The translations under genes and the position numbers were made by a program. Of a DNA stretch of 20,000 nucleotides, positions 1-10,619 are shown in pieces (positions within the stretch are counted from its first letter, which is position 1; each line of letters begins with the position of its first letter). The notes beneath the pieces were generated by a model. It was not told where the DNA came from, did no database searches, and worked only from the letters and a program-made list of their open reading frames with translations. The DNA is from Euglena gracilis. Its lineage: Eukaryota. The DNA lies in contig CP154954.1 of the NCBI GenBank assembly GCA_039621445.1, forward strand, positions 29,096,338-29,116,337, read 5' to 3'.

Positions 1-1
1 T

Positions 2-1170
2 TCTGGCACAATGCCCAACTCTGGAGGACACAATGTCCTTTTGGAACTTGAGGAGTTCTGATCTGAAAAGGAAGGAGCAATACTTCCTGGCAAGGTGGTG
101 GGCGAACCATTTTCCTCCCTTGTACTTGCCTTTCCCTTTGGGGTTAGACCTCCATGGTCTTGCTTGCCAAGCTGTTGGCCATTGCTTGAATTTCCACCCT
201 TTTCCACCTGTGGGGGTGGGAAAATGCCACTTGGGGAACTCACCTATGAATGGGGGGCTGATACCCTCTTTATTGATGCCAGATTGAGCTTTGGCCATTT
301 TGATGTCGTCGGGGTGAACAGGCCATTTCCTGGTTGTATTGTTTGAGGGATGCTCCTCCTCTTCCTCTCCTTGACAATGTCCCCTCACAGGCAGCCACAT
401 ATGCAAATAGCTGTGGCTCAAACCCAATACGTCCTCAGGGGCTCCTTGCAAGGTGCGGTGCAGCGCTGCCAAGATACGTAAGATGTTCAACAGCTTCTGC
501 TGTACTGCACGCAGAGTGCGGTCATACCCAGTCTTACCATCTTGACGGTGGTTATTTTCTTCCGCCTTGTACTTCAGGGTCCTCCAGGTTGGTATCTGTT
601 CCAGCAAACTTCGAACTTCCATGCGTAAGTCCCCAGACTGTACCTGTGTCCATATCCTCTCCAGGTCCCCCGGCAGTGCCTCCTCGGCCGTTTGCCAGGG
701 GAAGTCATGGGCTTCCTCTGCCGCGCGCGCTGCCTCCTCGTCGCGATCCATCTCCGTCGTCGTCGTCGTCGCCGTTGTCCACTTCTCGTACAGCTTGAAG
801 GCCACGTCCGACGCCTTGTCGCTCAGCTCCAGTGACGGTATCGAGACGTTCTTCGTGAGGGCCAAGCTGTAAAGGTATGCAGCCAAGTACGGTTGAAGTG
901 TAGACTCCACCATAGCCACTCCAGTGAGCTTCCGTACCGCAAGGGCACAGCGGGTTGTATCCCAACCGGCCCCAATCCACTTCTGACTGGACACCATCGT
1001 GGCCATCACGGTGGTAGCGTCCGCATGTCGTAAGAAGGCTGTTGTTATATAATATATATATAGATTATTGTAAGAGAAGGTTGCTCCACGCCGCTTCGAA
1101 GACCTCTTTGTCGGTCTCGTCTTGCAGGTGTGTAAATTGCATGATCAGCTTGAACAATTGGTTGCAGCTC
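2..1170 (-). mobile_element. Gag-like ORF of a probable retroelement (DIRS/Ngaro-type suspected), running off the left edge
   Basis: Stop-free frame from at least ~1060 to position 2 (ATG at 1006: MATMVSSQKWIGAGWDTTRC...ELSDKASDVAFKLYEKW...QQKLLNILRILAALH...KGKGKYKGGK), missing from the ORF track. It continues upstream after a frameshift (QFTHLQDETDKEVFEAAWSNLL). Intronless, with composition unlike the host exons. Family is inference; no RT in the window. Confidence 0.55.
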
Positions 1171-2099
1171 CGTGCAAAAAGGACGATTATGATCCGCCTA
1201 CTCCGGAAAAGAAAAGCAGTAAGAAACACCACAACCAACACCAGACACAAAAAAAACCGGCCGGAAAGAAGAGCAGGCCTCACTGGGGTCTTTTGCGGAG
1301 CCGGAGCTGTCCCACCCCCCCACCACATGAACCAGCGCGAAGGACAGTGCGGGCGCAGCCCAGCCACAGGCAAGCAGCGGCTTGTGCTGTGCACTCCGCG
1401 CCCCCTCCACCTTCCTGTGTCGGTTTGGGTGAGGCACCCCGTCATGGGTGGGGCTGGCACCATCTTGGGCGTCAGCCTGGCCCCAAGGGGCAATCGCAGC
1501 GTCCTGCCCCAGGGTTTTTCTTCGAGGGGGTTCGATTCTTTTTTTTTGTGGGGTCGTCAACCTGTTGCGTGGTGCGTCGGTTGAACCGGTTTCATCTCCA
1601 GATTGCGTTTCTTGTTTGTTGAAGTCTGGGTTCAAAATTGAAATTTCTCGGAAGTTTGCTGATGAGTTTCTCGTTTAGTGAGCGTGAAAAAGAAGTGAGA
1701 ATGGACCGCTTAAAAAAAAACAATCGCCAGTAGGTCCGATCTTGGGACAGTCCTGTGCAAGGAAGGCCCGATTTCTCACAAACGTGCCTCTGCTTTAGGG
1801 ACTCCAGGGGCCGAGGGCACATTTCTGGTTGGCAAAGACACAAAACAATTCCAGCAAACCAAAAAAAATCAACTAAGAAAGACAGAAATAGGAGTTATGG
1901 CACAGCCCTCATCGATGGATATGTCGTCATGCATAACTGGATAAAAGTTTGGAAAAAATTTGTTTGGGTGGTCAGAGAAAGGTGATAGGGAGAGGACAGC
2001 ATAGCATACAGGATGCGCGAAAGATGCGATGCGGACAGGAAAGAGCGCTACTCTTCCAGAATGTCCCGAAAAAGGCGCAGGAGCGCGCAAACGGCGGGT

Positions 2100-4900
2100 G
2101 TGGGTCGAAAAAATGGAAATTAATCCCTTTGCCATCCACCCGCAAATACCCGTTCACTTGGAGAAAATGGGACCAAGGCGCAGAATTTCCTTGGTTGGGG
2201 TACCCAACGGGGTCCCACCCACGCGAACGCAACGCTCAACAATCCGGCACAGGCAATCACCCACACCGCTGGGCAAACCAGCACATCGCTTGTTGGTCCC
2301 CCAAAGACGTACCAATTTCAACACATGGGCATTTTCACAGATTTTTCGGTGCCCACTTTTTGTTTGGATTTTCCCCAAACATCCCGGTCCCTGCAGGTTG
2401 CGCATCCTAATCAACCGTCCACGTTGAGGCACAGGACCCCTGCCGACTGGAAGAACGCTCGCTGGGCATCGAACTGCTGGCAGCGGCCGGCTGAAGCCAT
2501 CGGTCCACAGGTTACTTTGTCTGGGCACAACCCCGCCCCACCTCCTCCTGATTGACAACTGCCCACGACCCCCTCCCAGCCAGGTTATTGCTTAAGGACC
2601 CCGAGGGGGTCCACTGGCTAGCCATTTTACAACACACTAAAAAAAAAATGGACCAGACCCCCCCTCCTGGCTCGAGGGAAGAGGACACCTCCGGGGTCCC
2701 CTCCTGACTGGAAAAAAAATTGCCACCCAAAAGAGTGCGACCTGCATCATTTGTTGATGTTGTGACCCAGGGAACAGGCCCAATTTTGATGATTTTTCAG
2801 GCTGTGCACTAGGCTTGAAAAAAAGTTCAAACCTCTGGGTTTCAACTCTGGGAGACGCGAATTTCCCCCCAAAAAGGGCCAAAACCCCCGTTGTGAATGG
2901 AACAGGCTTCTTTTTACCAACCCGGGGGGAGGGGGGTGCCTTGCGCTCTGGGGTGCCTGCCCATAGTAGGCACCCCATGGGGGGGGGTCGGTTTCGGCCC
3001 CCGGTGCCTGTTGACCCAGCCAATTTTCCTTTGAAAATGGCCCATTTCCGGGCCCCGGTGCCTTCGGATTGCACCACCCACCCAAAATCCTACCCCCCCC
3101 CCCCCCGCTGGGACCTCGGGGGGTCGAAAATACCCCCCCCCCCCCCGCCTGCCCATAGCCCCCCCAGAGGGGGGGGGGGGAGGGTGCGCATTTCCTAAAA
3201 AAGAAGCCTGGATTTTTGAAACCCAACAAACCTCCACCCTTCTCATCGAATACATCAAAAAACTCCCCGAATAGTTCGTAATTGTTCAGGGGGCAAATGT
3301 GGTTCCGCCCCCCGACGAAAGAACATCGGAAATGCCAGTGTGTTCCCTCCACAGGCGGCCACATGGCCGGGTCTGGGAGCTGCTGGCACAGACGGGGTTG
3401 CCCACCACGGCGCAGAGGTCATACCGGGCAGGCCGGGGAATGGGCCAGTGCTCCACCGCCCAGCCGCTGCGCAGAACTGTGGGTTCGCCGTCCAATGCAA
3501 CACGGAATGCACACGGGCACTGCATGGACGAAAGGACACACGTTTGGGCAGAGGTGCCTTTGGAGACGGCCAAGGTGCATCACGTTGATCCCTTTGACCA
3601 TAATTCGGGCTTGGGCGAACGACACGTGTATTACAAAGGGATCGGACGTTTCCGAATGATCATCACGCCGCTCTTCCTGGAATCGAAGCATCATTGCCAT
3701 TCCATTTGGGCAGTCGGCACAACTCTGCAAAAATGGAAACAGGCAGACCGGGACGCCAAATTGGGTTCTTGTGGCCTAAATTCCAAAGTGGTGCCTCTTC
3801 CACCTTGTCCAAGACACGCCAATTTTCAGGGATGGGAGCCTTAGAGCACACAAACGAAGTTGTGTTTACTTGCGCAAATGCGCGCATCAACACACATCAG
3901 TTGTGCGATACCATCTCCTCCTCCGTGACAGCTGGTGAACGCAACTCCTCACGCCAACCATTGGTTTGCATCACGATTACATGGTGATGAAATTTGTGGG
4001 GTCGTTGATATGGGGGGGTGCCAACACCACCACAATTCAATCAAAAAACCTCAGGTGGATTTCCAGAAAATTGTTGACACAGGGGGTGTCTCAACGACAC
4101 GGTGTGTCTTGGACAATACCGAAAGGTGACTTGGGGGTCTCTCACACTTTTTTCTCAAAGAACAATTGAAAGCCGAGAAGGAAACTCCTTGAGCACTGCC
4201 CCAGCCCAAAATCTTCCAGCGAAAGCCCAAGGTCACTGAGGACGCTGTCAGGGTGGGACAAACCACCTTGAGCCAGAACCACCAACCACCTTTTGGCAGA
4301 AATTCTGATGAAATCATTCTTCAATACAAAAATCGGTGAATTGATGTTCTCAAGAGATAAATCACACAAAATGATATCACCCGTTCAAAGAATACCGAAC
4401 AATGATGCTGAAAAGCACAAATCAACAGAAAAATAGCAGAAAAATCCTTCATGTGGTTTCTAATCAGAACATCCAAAAAATCAGACTTTTGGCACTTTGT
4501 CTTGGTGGCGGTTGTAGTTTCTTTTGTTGACATCTGGAAAGACATCGATGAGAGCTTAAAAAGCAGAATCCGCAACATCACAAACCCACGTCCTCCCCAA
4601 ATAGTTGTGGTGGCAAGTTGGGCACAATGCGAGGGGGTGGCAACCAGAGGGGTGGGGGTGAGCCCCACTCATTTCTGAGGGGTCCAGACTCAACCAGAGG
4701 CAAAATCATCAATATGTATCCACATGCAAAGAACCGTCTCTGTGTTGGGGTTCAACAACACAGAGTCAATTCTTTGCCTCTGGATACACATTGTTGAATT
4801 TATGCTGACACCCCCCGATGGAAACGCAGAGCCGCTACAGGCTTAGTGCCAATACAAAGCCGCACGCTTCCGATACCCAAAGCACGCCCGCACTTCAATT
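2100..4900 (-). pseudogene. Degenerate hAT-family transposase remnant, interrupted by MITE insertion(s) at about 2580-3210
   Basis: Motifs in the correct order across frameshifts and stops: CF(Q)H (CxxH, ~4410), IVQDTPCR*DT (cf. QDV.TRWNS, ~4090-4118), VTEEE...LMRAF (~3915), MAMML-DSR (cf. LDPR, ~3680-3700), VL(N)WY...VERC...G...RLGP (cf. hAT dimerisation domain, ~2320-2170). No termini found. Confidence 0.6.
2903..3210. mobile_element. MITE family 1, copy 1 (TIR CAGGCTTCT...AGAAGCCTG)
   Basis: Terminal inverted repeat; internal GGTGCCTGCCCATAG shared with 19482-19921. TSD not recognisable. Confidence 0.75.
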
Positions 4901-5206
4901 AAATTAGGGGGTGGGGCCTGCACAACCTCCTCAAAGGCGCTGGCTTCCAATGCCCCAAAAAATTTGACGGGACACCACAGCACGGGTCTGGGGTGGTGGC
5001 TGGCATGGACGGGGTTGGCGCAGTCCCGCCCTGGGGGCGGGAGAGGTCTGGCGTGGGGCCGGCGCTGCTGGGGCACAGCAGGGCCGGGTCCGCCCCCGTC
5101 AACTCTGCCACGGCGCGCGCGTAGCGGAAGAGGCAATTCTCAGCGAGGTAGCGGTGCCGCCACCGCCCCACCGCCCACAGCTGCTGCAGCGCCGGGCGAC
5201 TCGACA
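4899..5206 (-). CDS. Probable last visible exon of gene B (SSRPALQQLWAVGRWRHRYLAENCLFRYARAVAELTGADPALLC...)
   Basis: ccag acceptor (AG 5208-07); GC-rich coding-like frame to about 5010; first in-frame stop ends at 4899. The true end is uncertain. Confidence 0.5.
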
Positions 5207-6039
5207 CTGGCCGAAGGGGCCCCAGATCACACCCGCTCTGCCCCCAGCCACCCACCAAAACCCACTTCCCCCCTCATCTGACAGGTTGCAAGTACTGGGG
5301 ATCCCTGGCAAGCTCTCAAATGTGACACACACACACACAATTGGGATTGGTGTTGGGCCACGCCTCAGGCGAAGGAGTCGCGGAGGCTTCACGACGTGCC
5401 ATCCGGGGGCACAGGGCACTTGAAAACGGAGAACAACCGCAAATACGGCGCGAAGACTGCCGCATTCACACTTTGAAACGGGCCAAGCAAGCAGCCGAAG
5501 TGGCCGGTACCAACCCTGGGAGCCTTCGGCGGCCCTTAAGGAAATCAAAAAAAAACGGGTCAACTTCGGGATAAAAAAAGTGATTTCTGGCATCTTTGGA
5601 CTGTCACCCATTTGCCCAAAACGTCAACAAAAAATTTTTTTTGGCCTCCCATCCCGGCGGACCACCCTGCCTGGGAGAGGCTGGAACTGTGGGGCTGGGG
5701 GAGAATCGGTGTTCCTGGATCCCTGCTGCAGATTGAGTCCCGAAGGACCTTGCAAGTGAACCAGGGGGTCTGACGGATCAAGAAGGCAATCCCCAACAAA
5801 GAAAGTTATGGCAGGAAAACCTGATTGCAACACACCTTAGCGCTTGGGTGTCCATCTGTCTGTATGTGAAGTATTCTCCCTGCTTTGGAGCTGGGCGGGA
5901 CTCACGGGTGGATGGGAAGACCCTTGCGAAGCGCCGGCGGCTGGCTGCACATCCATTCCAATCCATTCACTGGCTGGGACAACGCAAACAGGCAGGTCCA
6001 CACGCTTGAGTCTTCGCGAGCCACGCACATGCAGTCCGG

Positions 6040-6404
6040 CGTGTGCACACATGCACATGGGAGTGTGCCGTCAGCCACTGCCGGGCCGGGGAGATGGGTG
6101 GGGGGCCCGCGTCCGTCAGCCAGTCATCGGCGCAAACGAAGACGGAGGGCGCGTCGCCCGATGGCCGGATGGAGTTGACGACGGCTCGACAGCCCCTGGC
6201 TGTCGTGCAGGACGACTCCCCCTCACGTCGACGTTCCCAAAAACGTGAATTCCGGCGCCGAGCCCGACCGTGTCAACTTCGGTGGGGAGGAGAGGGGACA
6301 GAGGTTGGCAGCCCCCGCGATGTGGAATGGGATGGAGGTCGGGATGCAGACAGGGGCCGCGCGGCGTGGGGGTCGAAAAGCCCGCCGGCGAGCACCACCA
6401 CCCG
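6040..6404 (-). CDS. Probable gene B exon(s), HAD-like region with several frameshifts (RVVVLAGGLFD ... GIHVFGNVDV/GVVLHDSQG/AVVNSIRPSGDAPSVFVCADDW)
   Basis: Coding-like segments in alternating frames. VVVL-AGG-LFD resembles HAD motif I (hhhDxGGVLhD) but lacks the Asp; VFVCADD resembles motif IV. Inference only. Confidence 0.45.
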
Positions 6405-6748
6405 CTGCAGCGGGGAGGACGTTGCCGTGGGGGCTCCGGCTGGGTTGGAGTGTGGGGGTGGCACTGCGATTCCGGAATGGCCCCGACCACAACCTTGGGA
6501 ACTGGACACTGCTCCTCAACTTGCCCAAGGCGAAGGCCAGAGGATGCAGGACGGACTAAGCCAGTTGGTGAATGGCTTGCACAGATATCAAATCGTCAGC
6601 CCTCTGAAACACACAAAAAAACTGGTTTCAAATGTCCTGCTGGCACCAACAAGGAAAAGCGAAGGCGAACGCAGACTGCACCGGAGATCCCGACCCCCAG
6701 GAACAGGGGGTTGGTCTTCGGCCCCTTCGCGGGCCCCCGGCGCTGCCC

Positions 6749-6914
6749 GCGGGATGGCGAGGCGCTCCGCCTCCGGGATGCGGGCCAGGATGTGGCGGGC
6801 CTTCGTGGGGCTGGTGGACACCGCCTGGCCGATGCCGTGGTGGCCGAGCAGCGCCGCCCCGACGTCCCGCAGCTTCGTCAACACGGGGCCTGCCGTGGCC
6901 TGCACGTGCAGCAC
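6749..6914 (-). CDS. Gene B exon (VLHVQATAGPVLTKLRDVGAALLGHHGIGQAVSTSPTKARHILARIPEAERLAIP)
   Basis: Open GC-rich frame within ORF 6588..7058; TKL..V...L...G resembles the helix ending the AAA_28 domain. Confidence 0.75.
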
Positions 6915-7393
6915 GGGGGCAGGCCAGCTCCGGGCCGGGTGGCAGGGCTGGGCCTTGCGGGGTCCTTGCCCGGGGGGGGGGGTGGAATTACACCAGAGTT
7001 GCTCACCCGGCCAGGCGGAGCAACAAAAAGAGTACTGGTGTAAGGGGTACCTGGCCACTCACCACACAGCAAACTGGGCAGAAGCGAAGATAGCGCCGGC
7101 CATAAACAGACAAAAAGTTTTAGTGCAACTGAGGAGGGAGGTTGGTGCGGCAGGGGCTCTCTCGCCACCTCGGCACGGGGTGTGGCGGGGCTCCCTCCTC
7201 CTCCTGGGTCCTCCTCCTCCCTCCTCCTCCTCCTCGGTCTCCGCGCTGCTGCTTCCCGCTGTGGGGATGCCTGGCATGGAAACGCCTGTCACGGATCCCC
7301 CCCCCGGCTGCATCGGCAATGGGTCCTGAGGCACCACCACCTGGTGCGCAGGGTCCTGATGCGGGGGCCGTACGGCATATTGTTGGCCTGGGC
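6915..7393 (-). other. Non-conventional intron of gene B, 479 nt, with canonical euglenid geometry
   Basis: TAC|GCC-CAGGCCAAC ... GCTGGCCTG-CCCCC|GTG: CAG at +4..+6, CTG at -8..-6, 7-bp perfect stem. Splicing yields in-frame AWAHFPYVLHVQATAGPVLTKLRDV, colinear with the TTD14-type AW.GHPY..VIDN...F.TK segment. Confidence 0.8.
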
Positions 7394-7452
7394 GTAGGGG
7401 AAATGGGCCCACGCCGTGCGGATGGCAACGTTCTGGGCGATGGCCTCCTCTG
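7394..7452 (-). CDS. Gene B exon (EEAIAQNVAIRTAWAHFPY)
   Basis: Matches the family pattern EEA...D.....AW..HP. Confidence 0.8.
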
Positions 7453-7703
7453 GAGGGGGTTGGCGCAGAGACCAGCAGGCTCCGGTCCGGTCGCCCCCCC
7501 CCCAACTGCACTGCACCCGCCCAGAGGTTTTTTTTTTAAAGACCCACACCCTGCCTCCGGTGGCATACCCACTCGGCCTGACTTCCGCTGTGGGTGGGCT
7601 CAGCCGGGCACCCACCCACCCCCGGGTCACAAAACATAAAAAAAAAACGCCCACCCTGCTGTGCTGTCCGGAAGGGGGGGGGGCTCGACGGCCCCAACCC
7701 CGG
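7453..7703 (-). other. Paired-end (non-conventional or intermediate) intron of gene B, containing a small MITE-like insert
   Basis: 5' GGGGTTGGGGC (7701-7691) pairs 10/11 with 3' GCGCCAACCCC (7466-7456). No in-phase GT donor. Splicing gives RRET(A/P)EEA. Confidence 0.65.
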
Positions 7704-7806
7704 CGGCAGTCTCCCGGCGGGCGGCGTTGGTGCCCTTCACGCGGTCGTAGAGCTCCTTCGACTGCAGCGCCACCGTGTCGAGGTGGATGACGCACGAGTA
7801 CCGGTT
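7704..7806 (-). CDS. Gene B exon (NRYSCVIHLDTVALQSKELYDRVKGTNAARRETA)
   Basis: RY..VIHL..A and N.AR.ET motifs of TTD14-like proteins, in the expected order. Confidence 0.85.
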
Positions 7807-8159
7807 GCTGCCGGAGGCCGGCGGACGTTCTGCGGAGGACCACAGCGGAGTCACGTTCGGACAAATTTGTTTTTACCGACCCCCTTTTTACCGACCGAGG
7901 GGGGTCTCAAGCCAGTCAGTCACCCTCCTGGGTTAGCCATTGACTAGGTGATTGTTTGGTCATGTTCAATTGGGAGGCGCACGTCCACCACAACCAATCC
8001 AAAAGGATACAATCGCTTGCATCACCCGTGGGGCGTGCGAAAATTCCACTGAACGGTGTGCTCTCTCTCCCATCGACCCCCTCCTGGCAACAATGGTCCC
8101 GACCACTTCCCACCGGGGGGGGGGGGGGGCGGGGGGGGGGCACCCCCGGCCCCCGCCCT

Positions 8160-8323
8160 TTGCCAACGTCGTCCCACGTCATGTCGGCGGAGCGCAGCAG
8201 CGCCTCGTACTCCGCCTCGGAGATGAACGCGCGGGGGTCCAGCAGGCCGCGGTCGAACAGCACCACGACGGGCCGCCCGGTGGCGCGGGCGAACTGCTCC
8301 GCGTAGCGGATGAGGCTGTCCTC
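8160..8323 (-). CDS. Gene B exon (EDSLIRYAEQFARATGRPVVVLFDRGLLDPRAFISEAEYEALLRSADMTWDDVG)
   Basis: hhhhDRG..D..AF motif characteristic of the TTD14/AAA_28 family. Boundaries approximate. Confidence 0.85.
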
Positions 8324-9408
8324 CGAGTGGGGGCACGGCGGCGGCGGGGGAGATGGACGGGTCCAGGAATTGGTCGGGGGAAACACATACATGGAACAAG
8401 CGCAAAAATGCACTGTCTTCACATCTTTTTGCTACAAATCGGGATAATGTATGATGTACATGATATGATGATATCGGGGACTTGCTGACATACGGAAATA
8501 TGGACAGGGGTCCAGGCATACCATATCATCACGCATCAACGAAGCCAGCCGCCACACCACCCTGGTTGCCGCAAAAAATGGAACATCTCTCGCTGCCACA
8601 CCACTCTGCAGGAGGGCAGTCCTCCGCAACAGGAGCCTGACAAGAATCGGGCGGATGCAATGTGCCAGTGGCACCCTGTTGCCATGCTGAGGCAGAGGCG
8701 AAAGGAATCCACCTGGACTTATGCATTGGCGCCGAATGCCCATCCCCGCCCCAATCCCTGGGGTGGTGAGGCGACCGCTGGGGTAGACGTCCGGCAGAAC
8801 CAGAACAAGCAAAGAAAAAAAACGGTACAGGTGGGGAGGAATTGAGAAACACTCTGCTCTTGGTAGGGCGAGTCTATGCGAAGGGCTCCCCTCGACGCAG
8901 GGCCTCGTTGTTGGCGGGGAACTCAGTCCCCTGGCGAGACCACGAGGTGGCCTTCTCGGTGCAATGGGCGGCCTCGCTGCCTGTGCGCCACGAGCCCACT
9001 GGTTGATTGTGGGATCGAAAATGGACGTGTGCCGAATTGCCCGAAAACTAATGCCCAATGCAACTCAGCCTTGGTAAAGGGAGCGACACAAAGAGGCTGT
9101 TAAGGGCAGCGGGAACCAAACAACCATGCATAAAGAAAACCTCCCGCACGCTGAAGGAATTGAACCGAAAATATCAGCACCCCGAGAAACACCGGAAAGG
9201 TGGTGTGCGGGAGGGTGATCGGACCCCCCATACCCACCAGGGTAGGATTTCGGCCCCCCGCAATCCATATGGCCCACACAGCCTGGCCAGGGGGAGGATG
9301 GAAAAAGTGTTCCTCGGAGCCGGGGTGACTTCTCAGTTTCGTTTCCAGGCTTCCAGTGCCATGCGAAGCTTCTCCTTCCAGAGGAGCTGACTGCGCGGGC
9401 GGCCCCAC

Positions 9409-9541
9409 CCCGGAGGCAGCGGGGCGGCGGAACACGGCGTAGCCGTTCTCCTCCAACAGGGTCCGCAGGTACTGCAGGCTGGAGCTCTTGCCCGCTGCGG
9501 GCCCCCCGGTCGGGGGCGGCGGACCACATCGCCGGAACACA
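9409..9541 (-). CDS. Gene B P-loop exon (DVVR..TGGPAAGKSSSLQYLRTLLEENGYAVFR); TTD14/AAA_28-like NTPase
   Basis: Walker A TGGPAAGKS in the context typical of TTD14-like proteins (IVLTGGPCGGKTT...G..VFRVPE). An apparent 1-nt frameshift lies just before TGGP. Confidence 0.8.
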
Positions 9542-10619
9542 CTGCCGGGGGGGGGGGGGCACTCGCACGGTTGAGGAACCCTCTGGCCCGGGTTGACGCC
9601 GGGGCAGAGAGGCGTCATTGTTTCGCATGGATGGGTCCGCGTCAGGCACGCCTGGTCCGCATCTGTCGCGGACCCCGTTTGAAACGTCCGCCAACAGACA
9701 CGAAAGCAGGGAGGCAGCCACTGTCCCCAGACACAGCACCTGGGCACTGGCATGGAAGGGGTGTCTTCAGCGGCTGGGGTTGCTTGCGCGCACGTGCACA
9801 CAATTAGGGGTCTTTGAGGAAAAGGTGTCCGTGTTATGCAGGGGGGTGTTCAAATTTCATTGTGCCTCCACCCTCGATTTTGAAAACGCCCAGCTTTATG
9901 AAAATGGCACTGCAGTCAGTCGGTCTGATTTTGTGAGAAAATGAGAAATGAGTATTCGCACACAAACACACCACACACACCATACACATGTCGAACTGCA
10001 TGTACAAGTGGTTGTGTTGGGTATTATAACAAAAGATTGAAAGAGAATAAGCATCCCGAGATAAGATTGTGGCCCGCCGCTCAAAACCACCAAATGTAGC
10101 CGACCAGTGCAGCTGCTGTTTGATTCTGGCCGCTCCAGCACGGTCACCAGGCTTGCATGCTGACAAGGCCACTGGGCGGCTTGGGGCAAGGGGGCTCTCG
10201 TTTCGTTCGTCCCGTGTCCCAACCATGGAGGTATGGAGGTGAGGTCATGCCAATCTCCCCAAGAACCAACACCTCTAAGCAACAAAATTCTCTTTGAGGA
10301 TCTGGCTTGGCTGGGAGGGGGCCACCCGACCCGACCTCAGGGGGATCAGGGGGACCAAATTATTTAAAGGGGCCTTTTTGGTTCCTACTGTTTTCAAAAT
10401 TGATGAACAGAAAGACTGGAAATGAAATGACACGCCAAATAAGAATACCAATAACATCAGATAAACTCAATCGACAATATCGTGGAATTCCCACGTATGA
10501 AGCGGCAGTGATGCCGACACTTTTTGTTGACTTCGAAGCGGCGGATTCCTCGGCTGCCCTCTTCGCTTCGACCTCCCCTGCCGGAAGGGAGGCTGCTTCA
10601 CCCAGCCCCCCCCCCCCCA

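Noticed and set aside
1475-1548. tRNA/SINE-like A box, B box (GGTTCGATTC) and T-run
   Set aside because: I could not build a cloverleaf; likely coincidental.
2040-2240. Tyrosine-recombinase-like motifs (CVRVG, FSGHSGR)
   Set aside because: In different frames with implausible spacing; a hAT dimerisation-domain reading fits better.
6043-7329. 428-aa plus-strand ORF
   Set aside because: Antisense shadow of GC-rich gene B exons and introns; no motifs.
7695-8165. GG donor sites as a novel splice signal or corrupted GT
   Set aside because: Complementary intron ends explain these better as non-conventional introns.
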